In this document: positions 1 through 18,275 of the stretch, one piece after another | How positions within the stretch are numbered: the stretch's first letter is position 1 | Layout of the letters: the number at the start of each line of letters is the position of its first letter | Assembly (NCBI GenBank): GCA_009602735.1 | Contig: WELA01003449.1 | Location: forward strand, 84,180 to 117,936 | DNA from: Mesotaenium endlicherianum | Taxonomy: Eukaryota | Reading direction: 5' to 3' | DNA: 33,757 bases | Translations under genes and position numbers: made by a program | Notes under the pieces: generated by a model | What the model was told of the DNA's origin: nothing | Seen by the model: the letters and a program-made list of their open reading frames with translations, nothing else | Database searches by the model: none

Positions 1-384
1 CCCCCCCCCGGCCCGCTCCTCTTTCCTCGCCTCCTCCTTTATTCCTGCCCTTCTCCCCCTCCTCTTTCCTCTCCTCCCCTCCTCTCCTCTCCCTCCTGCT
101 CTCTCCTCCCCTCCTCCCCTCCCCCTTCTTCTCTTCCCTGCCCAACTAGCCTTCCCTCGCGCTCATCTAAGTCGCCCTGCTTCTACGACTGCCTCGGCGC
201 GTGCGCCTGCATCTCTTAAGACTGCCCGCCCGCCTGCCTGCTTGCCTGCCTACCTGCCTGCCTGCTTGCTTGCCTGCCACTCTTGCGGTGCAACCTGTCT
301 GCCTCCCCAGCTCAGCTTGTGCATGCGGTGTAACGGCGGCTATGCTTCTTCCTTATGTGAACGTGGGCACATGTGCATAAACAG

Positions 385-553
385 CACACACACACACACA
401 CACACACACATGCACAGGCACGCACACATTCACACGCACGCACACACATGCACAGGCACGCACACACTCACACGCACACACGCACACACACACGCGTACG
501 CACGCACGCTCGCACATGCACACACGCACATGTGTGCACGCAGGCACGCACGC
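385..553. repeat. (CA)n / CACG microsatellite
   Basis: Perfect and degenerate CA/CACG repeats; similar tracts at 950-987, 18218-18272 and 20983-21124. Confidence 0.9.
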
Positions 554-677
554 AGGCGGGTGCATTTTGGCCTGTCCTCGGAAAGGTGCCGGCGCTTGCT
601 TTCCATATTGACACGTCTTGAGTGGCGTGCTGCTGGACTTGACGACTGTCGCAATGTGACGTGCTTTTGGCGTGCAG

Positions 678-7883
<7,206 letters not shown>

Positions 7884-7904
7884 GGGCTGAGAGCTCAGGA
7901 GCGC

Positions 7905-7943
7905 AGAGAGAGAGAGAGCGAGAGAGAGAGAGAGTGAGAGAGC
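7905..7943. repeat. (GA)n microsatellite in CDPK 3'UTR
   Basis: gagagaga run starting about 20 nt after the stop codon. Confidence 0.85.
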
Positions 7944-10900
7944 ACGCGAAGGGTGAGCTGGGAATCTCTCTCGGGAAGTTTTTTTCTCCCAATTCGCGCT
8001 GACCTCGGGAACGCCGCAGCAAGCGCTGATTGCATTAAGTAGCGCTGATAGCATTGAGTGGATATGCCAGTTCTTGTCGGCGGCTCTTGATCAAGGGAAG
8101 CAGTAGAGGGCTCGGAGGAAGCCATGGCTAGGCTGGTTAGGTCTTTCTGGCAACCGCTCCCTTGGAAAGGTGAGAGATGGTTGCAGGGTGCGGAGAGGGG
8201 AGCTCTCAGGGCAGTTAAGGGCGCTGTGTATATAGTCCATAGCGCATACAAGTGGCAGTCGTCACCCGCGCGATGTGTGTGAGCGGGCGTGCTGGCGCTC
8301 TCTCGCTCTCTCGCGCCTGCCCTGCTTGCTTTTAGTATGTTATAGAGTGAGCGTCCTTTTTGGGGCCTGAGAGCGAAGGAAGAGGGTGGGAGAGATGTAA
8401 AGTGGTTCCCCATAGTGATGGCGTATTCTCCTCAGTATCTCAGCGGGGGCCTGCAGGAGCTTGCCACAAGGGCTCCTGCCATTCTTTTGGCTGCCTGGGC
8501 TTGGGGTCCTTCTTGCGACAGTCGTTATACGGAGTCAGAGGCGGCGGCGTTCTCGCGCCAGGGGCAGCTCGGATGCGCGGCAGGTCATTCCTTTTCTTCT
8601 TCACGGTCCAAGTTTCTAACCTGCTGTGGGTCGTGGCACCATCCTCTTGATCTTAGACAAACATAGTGTAGGAGCGCCCGGGACATCGAACTGAGTCACT
8701 TATACAAGTGCTCAGTTAACCGAGTCTAACATCGGGCCTTCCGCCATCCGTAATCAAGACAATCGAGACAATGTGATGTCTAGAGCACCACAATAAAAGT
8801 TGGCTGCCAAGTTTACGCGTGAAGCCAAGGCACAGACGTGATTAGTGGGCAGGTGCGCGAGGTTCAGTTCGGTGCTTGAACATGCCAACGGTTCCTGACA
8901 GCGTCCTCCTAGAACGCCTTCTTAGAATGCCGGAACATTCTCGGCACATGACTGAGTGTAAGTGGGTCTGAAACATGCGCGTGCATGATCTGTGGCTCGT
9001 AGGGTAGAGAAGAGAATAGTGGCGTGTTACTACAAGGACTAGTCACCACCACAAAACTTACTGGATTTTATGAGGGGTATCGCCGCCCACGCTTTTTCAA
9101 CTGTAAGTTCCACTTTTATATTTATATTGTTATTATTTTTTGTTGTCGTTTCGTAGATGTGTTCTGAACATGTGAAAACAACTACCTGGTGGTTCTCGAG
9201 GGTGCAAAAGTCTTCATCCGCGCTGCTGTCCATCAGCTTTCCGCACGAAGTCGTACCGGCGTTGCTTCAAGCCAATTAAGCTGGTATTGCAGCGTCCCAC
9301 AGGATGTCGAGTAGGATTAAACTTGTGCTAAAGCTATGAAAGCTAAGGAGTTGAAGGCTGGAGCTAGCAAGCTCAAGTTTGGATTACAATCATCAATCAC
9401 TCATGAATCATTCATCAAGAAGACCCCTCATGGACATAGAAACGATTCGGTACTTTTGGCACTTCTGGTACTTTCAATACTTTCAGATGAAATCAAGGAC
9501 ATGCAGTGAAGTCTGGGGTTCCATGCTTGCCCAGGCGCGCGCGCTTCATGCGGCTGGTTGGTGATCCGTCAGGTAGTGTACATACACTGGTTGTTTGTCT
9601 GTGCCATCCTCAGGCTAGTGTAGGCTGAAAGGGCAGGCATGCAGGCTACGCCGCTGCAGCTAGGTTCTCCCAAGCCAGTTTCATGCACGCACCTGGACAC
9701 CAGTTTAAAGGGCTTGCATGTGGATAGCTAGAAGCGTGGTCCAGCTTGGGGAATCAAATACTTTGTACACCTCAGGGGTCAGCATGCATACTTCTTCAGA
9801 CTTCAGAGTCTCCATCAACTCAAAGGGCGTTTTGCTTGGCATCTGCTCTAAAAGACTAAACTTTAAATTTGGCATGAAATCCAGCCAGCCCTTTTGCTGT
9901 GCCGCAGTAAGATGAAGAGAGAAAAGAGCGACAAATGCTTAGTGAAAGGTTCACCCTTGCGGTTAGCTTGCGGTAATTTCCTGCCAGCTGACATTTACGC
10001 AATTTTTGACCCCGTCTGTCACCAACTGGACAGCCACTTGGTCTGCCACTTAGACGGCAGCCTGATCAATCATCTTAAAAGTTTGCGGCTTTAAAATATG
10101 AGACTTTTGACTGGAAAGACGAAGAAGCGTAGTGTGCAGGTGCGTGGCACCTGGCCTCTCGCGAGCTTGCCATGTGGCCACTTGCGGCTTGCTCATGTGC
10201 TTTCTATATGATTTGTACACCTTATTATCTCCTCTCTATAGCTGCCCTCCTTGGTCCCCCCCCCCCTCGTGTGTCTGACCTCCCACACGGCCAATGCACC
10301 CGCAGGTCTTGCAGCCAGTCTTGCACTACCAGGTGGAACTCCCACGCCGCCCCTGCCAAAGCTAGCCCTGCGAGATCGTCTGACATGTCATCCTCACGAC
10401 CCTCTCAAACCTACGTTAACGGCAGCAATCGGTTAGTTATAAATCAGTAGCCGCATTTAGTACAAGATGCGTTTGATTCAAGATGCATGAAAGTGAAGGC
10501 AGGATGTTACTCTGCAGCGTGTGATATGGAGCAAGTGCTGTCAACTCCCTTAAGGTGGTTTTGTTGAATGTTCAACTCTGACAGGTGAGAATGTGCAAAT
10601 ATGGGCAGGAAAAGTCCCCCCTATAGCACATGCAAATGCCCTCTGCAGTAGGAGCGCTGTGCTTGCTGGCTGGCTGGAAAAGCTAGGAATGGCGTCTCTT
10701 AGACGACGCCGCAGTTGAGCCTGTCTTCTGAGAGTTGCTTTTCCTCCAGCAGCCGCCAGCTGCTATGCTCAGTTGCTGACGGATCTTTATAAGTGTTTTT
10801 GTACATTCTCTTTCGCTGACTCATGTGGGATACTTTTAGATTTCAGCAACTAACCTCCGCAGCCCAATAAAGGGGCTAGCATGTACGCAACACGTAAATG

Positions 10901-11728
10901 GCTCAGGAGAAGCCATCTGTCTACAGATACATATACAGGATGGGCATTTGAGGTCATCTAACAGAATGAGTAATTACGTCAATGACACACATTATACAAG
11001 AATCAGCAATTAAGATATTTATTACCAGCTAAACCAGCTCAAACTGAATATTCTAATGTGTACATAAACGAGATACTGTAGTTTCAAATGGATATAACTA
11101 TAATATCATGCCAGCCTCATGCGTGCATAGCCTATGAAAAGTGGGTGATGCAAAGAGCATTCTATTTTGTTTTAAGAATTGTGACAGATGTCAAGAAAAA
11201 TAGTAGCAGATGATCGATGTAAACATTAAGAGATTGATACTTTCCATTCACAACGAAGATGTATCACTTGATTATGGGAAATGCATACATGAGATGTGAT
11301 GATGATGAAGTATTAATTCCAGTATTGGAACAATAAGGCATTGTAGGGACGTTTGCTTATACACTGGAGCTGTAACCTCAACATATCTCACTATTCACAT
11401 AAATATCTATCTACATGGAATTCCCTTATCTTCCAAGTCCATGCAGCAACTCAAATGAACACTCAAAACGTTTCTGCATCTTTAGGATCATGCATCTCTC
11501 TGTATGCTATACGTACTTCGAACAAATGGTTGATCATGCGCCTTCCAAGTTTTGAAAGGTGCAGATGAGTCCTCTTCCAACTTAACTAGGCCTTCTTCTT
11601 GCAAGAAACTTCCTCTTCTGGGATGTAGTGAGTCGTATGTAAAACGGTGTCGTTTTGAATTCTTTGTTGAACCGCGTATGAGGTCTGTAATCAAAGTGTG
11701 CTGTACTCTCCGCCCTTTGATCATCAAT

Positions 11729-12058
11729 CTACTTCTTCTTGAGTGAGACATTGGGGATGGTTGTGATGGGGCAAGGTTGAAAAGGCCTCTTTGCGCACTC
11801 TCTGAGAGTTCCGAGGTAGTCACCCCAGCCCTGCTCGTAGGTCCATAGGTTTCCGAAGCATCTCCAGCCCACGCAGTTCATTCCTCCAGGACAGGTGGTG
11901 TCCCTACCCCATCCGGTCCTCATGGAGTAGACCTTGCACCCGCAAGTGTAGCCGCGCAATTGGTCTTTATCGTCGCACCCCAGCGCCGGCTGGGAAACGC
12001 ATGCCATGAGAACCAAGACAAGGAGCGTCGCTCCCATTGTTTTCTTTGAAGGAGCCAT
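11729..12058 (-). CDS. Small secreted cysteine-rich protein, 109 aa, family not recognised
   Basis: MAPSKKTMGATLLVLVLMACVSQPALG|CDDKDQLRGYTCGCKVYSMRTGWGRDTTCPGGMNCVGWRCFGNLWTYEQGWGDYLGTLRECAKRPFQPCPITTIPNVSLKKK: basic N-region, hydrophobic core and A-L-G cleavage site; 8 mature Cys; start context AAATATGGC; TATA box about 130 nt upstream. Confidence 0.75.
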   Translation of the reverse strand: MAPSKKTMGATLLVLVLMACVSQPALGCDDKDQLRGYTCGCKVYSMRTGWGRDTTCPGGMNCVGWRCFGNLWTYEQGWGDYLGTLRECAKRPFQPCPITTIPNVSLKKK

Positions 12059-12189
12059 ATTTGAAATGTTGACTTGCAAAGTTTCTATTCTCGAAGTTGG
12101 GCCTATGTGAGCTGCGGATGGATGCTGTGTTGCTAAATATGTGTGGATGGTTAGCTCGGAGCTTGATATGCATAAGGGCATGGGGTACC

Positions 12190-12197
12190 TATTTATA
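12190..12197 (-). promoter_or_regulatory. TATA box (TATAAATA) of the cysteine-rich protein gene
   Basis: Consensus TATAAATA on - strand, followed by a CA-rich putative 5'UTR of about 100 nt leading to the ATG at 12058. Confidence 0.6.
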
Positions 12198-12601
12198 TCC
12201 TTAACATGGCAGATGACACTGAAGTGAGTGCTCTCGATAGTCCCGGTGTGCTTGGAGAATTTCGAGTTCGGTTTGTTTTTGGTTCGTACGTCGGTTGTTC
12301 CCACATCGTTAGCCATGTCGGACTCCACTTCACCAGAACAAGAATGCAATTGACCGTAGCAGGTTGCATCGTATACCGGCAGCAACCAGTATCACAGATT
12401 CAAAAACGTTTTGGCATTGTTATTGTGAGCTCAATAATATGACAACATAATATATAGCTATAAGCGAAGGCATATTCTTCGACCTTCCGCCTTTGGGTTT
12501 AATTTCCACAAAAACATTGAACTTTGAGAGTAAACTTCACGAATTTACTAGCACGTGTAGAGAGCAACCAGTAGCAACCTATTTTGACAGGTTCCAAGTT
12601 G

Positions 12602-12614
12602 TTCCGGAAATTTC
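12602..12614. promoter_or_regulatory. Putative heat-shock element (TTCnnGAAnnTTC)
   Basis: TTCcgGAAatTTC, three inverted nGAAn units, about 400 nt upstream of the TATA box; G-box CACGTG at 12552-12557 nearby. Motif match only. Confidence 0.3.
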
Positions 12615-14260
12615 CGTTGGTATTCGAACAAATTTACCGTTCAGGGTTGGTTCAAGTTGTGTCCATCCAACTTCTCACGCGCGAAGCGATCACCACATCT
12701 TCAGCAACAGGTAACGTGTAACAGGCTGTACCTGGGTTGTATAATTAAAATGCACAGGGGCTTGCTAAACCAATATATTACTAATCATATGAAAAAGAGG
12801 TGGTTGTGACCTTTTTTGGAACGAAAACAACTCAGCATATGATGATTAGAACATTTCCTGCGGTGGGATTATTTCAAAGGCCTTCATCGTTGCCAAGCTA
12901 ACCCGTGCGATACCATCCACTTTGATCATATCGATTTGTATGTCGCAAAATTTCCAGGTTGAACCATGGAGACGACTCACGACAATTCCTCCCGGATCCG
13001 GGGGTGTAGCGCAATATAGCGCACTCTAGTTGCTCAATACAAGCCATGACACACTTCACGGCTGCAATGATGTGAAAGCCTGAGGTGCTAACTGCCTTTA
13101 ATGTTTCTACTTCAATCACTTTGGCTAGTTGTGTGCAAAGGCTTCCCTGTTTATTTTCTTCGCAACCCCCGAATTTTAATTGAAAATAAGCTTAAAGATT
13201 GATCTTGGCGCAAACCAAGAACCTGTCGCACTTTGCGCCCAAATATTTGAACTGAATATTTATTTCATGTAAAAGTATGACTGAGACACCCTTGCTTATG
13301 TGGTCGCATGATATAATGCATGATCATCAAAGGCTAACTATTGAAAAGAAAGTTAAAATGACTTTAATTTGGGGGAATTGTGCAGATTTTTAGATTTGGT
13401 CTTCCGATTTCCCCACATTGTCACCATGATTCCTTGTGTGAGGCAATTTTTTGGCCATTTCAAGAGCTTTGTTTTGTCACCCATTTAAACACTTCTCTTT
13501 TCTTTCACTCGGTGTGAGACATTCTACATCATCACCAACGTTTCTCACAAACCTTCCCAATGTTAGAGCATATATGCAGGGACAACAGATTACCCCTATC
13601 CCAATATTCCTCGCAATTTGTCAAAAATGGCCAGGGATGGTTCTACAAGGCATTTCTTTATGAGGAAAAAATGCATCTTTGGATTTCAAGCCCAACTTAT
13701 GAAGTAGTAGACACTGATTTGATATTCACTTGTTTTGAGTGGCAAATCAGTAAGGACACATGCATTGTGTATGTCAATCACAAATTCATCTTGCAATATC
13801 ATAATCGCCATTGACAATGCATTCACGCGGAACATACCAATTCCACATCCTTTTGCTTTGTTTCTCATTTGTTGAAACATGCAAGAAACTTCGACACTAC
13901 GTTAAAGATGACATGCACGCAAACACATTGAAGATGAGATAGTACTCCAACTCAATGCACGTCGCAAGCGCATTACTATCACATCAATCACCACTCTTTC
14001 ATGTTCAGTTTCATTGCTTCTGCAGGATACTTGCTATGACAGGCAACTCCGCGACTGAATCAGTAACAGGAACACGTCACGAAGTTTGACTCGACTACCG
14101 ACAAAGTACATAGTTTCAGATCGGAGAAAAGACTCACTTGGCACATTGCTCCCATTCACTTGATCAAACGACGCATAGAGCTCACAAGCAACCTCACGTT
14201 ACAATCACTCACGGAGACATATTCTTCACAAGACACAAAAGGGTGCTCTCTGCGTGCTCC

Positions 14261-15022
14261 TCACAAAGGGGGCCTCTCGTCCAGCAGAGGATGCCTAATG
14301 GCCTCTCCGCCCTCTACCACCTCGTTACCACGAGGCACCCCCTCCTCAAGATGCCTACCCAAGAGCACGCTACCACCCTGAGGCCTTCCGGCCACCTGCC
14401 CTTCCCCCCCTGCCGACCGTGCGTCGTCCTTTCCTCCCGCCCCCCTCCGCTCCGCGCCAACCTGCCTCAGCACAGAGAACCCGGGGCCATACCGCTGTCG
14501 CGACTCAGTCCCTCCCCCCCCCATCGCATGCCCTCCCCTCGAAGAGGAAAGCACAGGAGAGGAGGAAGAAGTCACAGGAGAAGACGGAGAGGCAACAGGT
14601 TCCGCGAGGGCCATTGAGCCACCGACATGCTCCAGGCTCTCTGCGCTGCCTCTCCTCGAGGAGCCTTCCGAGGGAAGCTGCTCTCTCGAACCAGCCGAGC
14701 CAAGTGGCGGCGGCGCCTGCTTCGCCTGAGCGCTCGGGCTGGCACCCGCTCCGTTCCTGCTCTGCGAGGCTGTGGAGGGGACACTTGGCACTCGGCCAGA
14801 GCCGCTTGAGAGAGGGAGATAGCGATCTTGCGCCCGGTAAGAGGCCAGTCCTGGCCCCAACCCTGGCCCGAGCCAGGCGGGCTGTGGCGACGGCGGTGCG
14901 AGCGCTTGCTTGTCCTGCCCCTCCTGGCCCCGCTGCCCTCGGCCCTGGGCCTGCGCTCGTGCCTGCGCCCCAGAGGGAGCTGCATAAGGAGAGGGAGAAA
15001 CCACAGAGGGAGGCTCCGAGGC

Positions 15023-15055
<33 letters not shown>

Positions 15056-15544
15056 TTGTTGGGACAGCAGGCGACCGCTGTCCCTCCTGGTGGGCCCGCC
15101 CGCAGAGAATGCGAGCAAATCTCTGTTGCGAATGCTTGCCTCGTCGGCGACGGCCTTGCTGGAAGCTCGCCCAAGGGCCCTGCTACTCTCCATCAGATCC
15201 GCTCTTTCGGCGCTGAACAACGCAGTGCCAAGTGTCGCACCCTCCTCCTCCTCCTGCTCCTGCTCCGCCTGAGCAGCAGCCTCTGCAAGCGCACCACCCC
15301 CAGCCCTTGCACCGGCCATTGCTTGCTGCTTGCCTGCACCAAAGCCATCGGCAGCAGCAGCAGAGGGGGCTGAGCCCCTGTGGGGCGGGCCCTCGGGGAT
15401 GCGCTGTGCTGCCCGGGGAGCAGGGAGAGCAAACGTGGGCTTTGCGGACGCTCCCTCGATGAGGCCCGCCACCCCTGTGGCTGCTGACTGTGCATGGGCT
15501 GGCAAGAAGAGGTCGTGCCGCTGGTCCTTGTATGCACGCCACAC
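14261..15544 (-). CDS. GRV2: GRV2 terminal exon (VWRAYKDQRHDLFLP... plus long low-complexity tail)
   Basis: Conserved start then an open frame to the stop at 14261; hidden introns in the tail cannot be excluded. Confidence 0.75.
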
Positions 15545-18242
15545 CTGGAATATAACAGCACATAAGTTACGACTGCTTCTTGTTTCGCAATCACCGACAA
15601 ATTATGCAGATGGAAAGAGGAGCGGGACGAGAAGGGGGGGCCGCCAGAAAGCCAGCGCAATGCAACGGGCCTGTAGCAGAGCCCCTGACACCTGGCGGTC
15701 AGCCAGCACGGCGCGGCCCCAGCTCCATCGCATAAGCAAAACCTAACCTGCCGCAGCAAGCTGCCAGGTGTCGGAAGGAAGAGGAAGGATCGAAATGCAG
15801 AGGCTCTCATCATCCAACGGGAGGGCCCCGTCTCGCGCTTCCACTGGCAGTTTGGGGGCAGATCTGGACGAGCCTACCAGCAGCGCCAGGTGGCAAGGGC
15901 CAGGTGGCAGCAAGGGGCTCACCGGGGAGGCATTGAGGTGCGCGAGCACTTTCTCCGCGTGAGCACCGTCGGCTGACAGGGCCCTCAGGATCTGCCGCCC
16001 CACCCGCCGCCCACCCGCCGCCCCGCCCGCCGCCCGATTCCACAGGGTTCAGAGATTTACTCCCTGCGCCACCTTGCCACACGCTGACAGGTGGAAGGGG
16101 CTGCATCGAGCAAAGGACTGCGCATGCTGAGTGCCGAAAGACGAGGAGAGGAGGGGGAAGGGGGGGGAAGGGAAGAGGATGTGGGCTTTNAAGTGCAGGC
16201 GCGCCGTGTGGTAGGAGGCGTCTATCGCAGGCACCACGATGTACAGCCCCACGCCCGTCAGGTTCTGCGCCGCGATGGTGGTGGCCGTCTGGAGCACGCG
16301 CAGCGGCAGGAAGTCGGGTGAGATGCCCGTGCCCGCCACCTGGACGGCGGGGCCCACGCGCACGCTGCTGGTGCGGTTGTTGAAGTACATGAGCGGCACG
16401 TCGGGCTTCCACGTGCGCCCCTCCAAGTCCAGAAAGGGAGCGGGGTCGCCGCCCATGTCCAGGCGCGTGATGGTGCGCATCATCATGGGCGTGTTCACGT
16501 TGTTGCGGTACAGCCCCGGGTAGTGGCGCGCCACCTGTCAAAGTCGGCGGCACAGCAGAGGCGCAGATGATGACATGCGTGACATGAAGGCTGGCGCAGA
16601 GGGTCAGAGCAGAGCAGAGCAGAGCAGATGACCTGCCAGAGGCTGGGGTCTGGCTGTGCTGCTCCCATGCCTGCCTGCATGGCAGCTCCTGCCAGAAGCA
16701 TGGGCTACAATCGATTTGGTCGCCGCATCATCACCATCATCATCATCTTCATCTTCATCTTCATCAGCAGCTGCAGCAGCAACGCTCAAGGTGCATGCAT
16801 GCAGGTGCCGGCCCACGCTACGCAGAGCACAGAGCACACACCAACGGAACAATGGAAGGGCACAAGCGTGTGCGCGTGCAAACAAGCGCGCTCACCTCGA
16901 TGGCGGAAATGTGCATGGCTGCTTTGATGGCAGTGAGGGACACCACGATGGCGCTGCCGTACACGGGCACCGAGAACTCCACAAAGTATGGCACCGCCGG
17001 GTTTGCCACACTGTACGCCCAATACGCCTGCAGCAGCAGCATCAGCAGCCATGGCCTTTGCTTCAGCACTCGGCCGCAGGAGGAGTAGCTGCACCCAATT
17101 AGATGCAACACAGCGCACCCGGTGGCTATCTTTTCACTTTATGCCTGACAAGTGCAGCTTGCTCTCCTGCTTCCTGCTGCCCTCGCCACTTCATTTTTTT
17201 GGGGGGGGGGAGAGGGGGAGGGGGGGAGAGCCTAGTGGAAAGGAACGTGCGAGAGGTTGTGAGGGGGTGAAAGCTAGAGGGAAATGTTTTGCGGGACTTT
17301 CCAGGAGTGTGCACAGGGCACGCTGATAGGGGGTGCTCGCGCCTCGATGGGAGAAGTAACAGAGACCGAACCGTGCTCGAGCCGACGAGTCAGTGCACCG
17401 AAGAGACAGCGCGGGCACAACGCTCACTCCACACCCCGATATATTCACTCGCTCCCGAAGACTCGGACAGTCAGCAGAACAGTGGCGGCTTGCCAGACCT
17501 ACGAAGATGTCGGTGAGATCTCGGCGGAGCCTCGTCGCATTTGCCCGTATTTTCTTTTGAAAGGGATGCGAGAAACTTCATTGGGAATCATCCAGTGTAC
17601 GCTGGCGGGATGATCTCTTCCCTCCATCCCAGCATTCCGCAAAGAACTCGTTAACGCCTCTCCCGGCACATCGAGGTGTCGCTGAATCGAGATGTTGGTA
17701 TATTGAGGTGGCGTCAACACACACCCGGACAAATGGAGGAGACAGCTGGAAAATGATCCCTCCCACCGGAGCTGACTGAAGCTGACTTGAATTAGTTTGG
17801 CCTCAAGACAAAGAAAAAGAGAAGAAGGGAACGAGAGAAGCCCGGAAGAGCAGCTGAAAGTACAGCCCCAAGGACAGCGTGCGCCTGCCACCTGGCATAG
17901 TAGAATGGTGCACAAGATACTTTCTTGGGCTGAAGATGGACCCCTGCTGCCGGCCAGCATTGCCGTACACGATCGCATACGAAAATGTTTAAGATAGCAT
18001 GTTTGCCCCTTGTTTAATGCTAGTGGGCGAGGGGTGCAAAGGAGAAGAGAGAAGGAGGGGGAGAGTGGGCCGCACAGGAGGAAGTGGTCAGGAATAAAAA
18101 ACGAGAAAGAGGCTCTACCTCAAAAGGGCGTAGAATAGATAGGAGGATGCGAGAGTGAACCAAAAGCAGATGTATTGCTACTAGGTACTCGATAGCAATC
18201 CAACGGATGCAAGCACCCACACACAGACACACGCACACGCGT

Positions 18243-18275
<33 letters not shown>

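Noticed and set aside
12059..12385. N-terminal extension of ORF 11729..12385 (218 aa)
   Set aside because: Begins at a non-ATG codon and runs through the TATA box; the signal peptide and start context point to the ATG at 12058
13560..13814. 84-aa ORF in the AT-rich island
   Set aside because: Short, no recognisable motif, promoter or codon bias
17890..17990. Minus-strand frame TFSYAIVYGNAGRQQGSIF, faintly like the malectin 'FxYGNYDG' motif
   Set aside because: Immediately preceded by an in-frame stop, no usable acceptor and lacks the GC3 bias of the real exons
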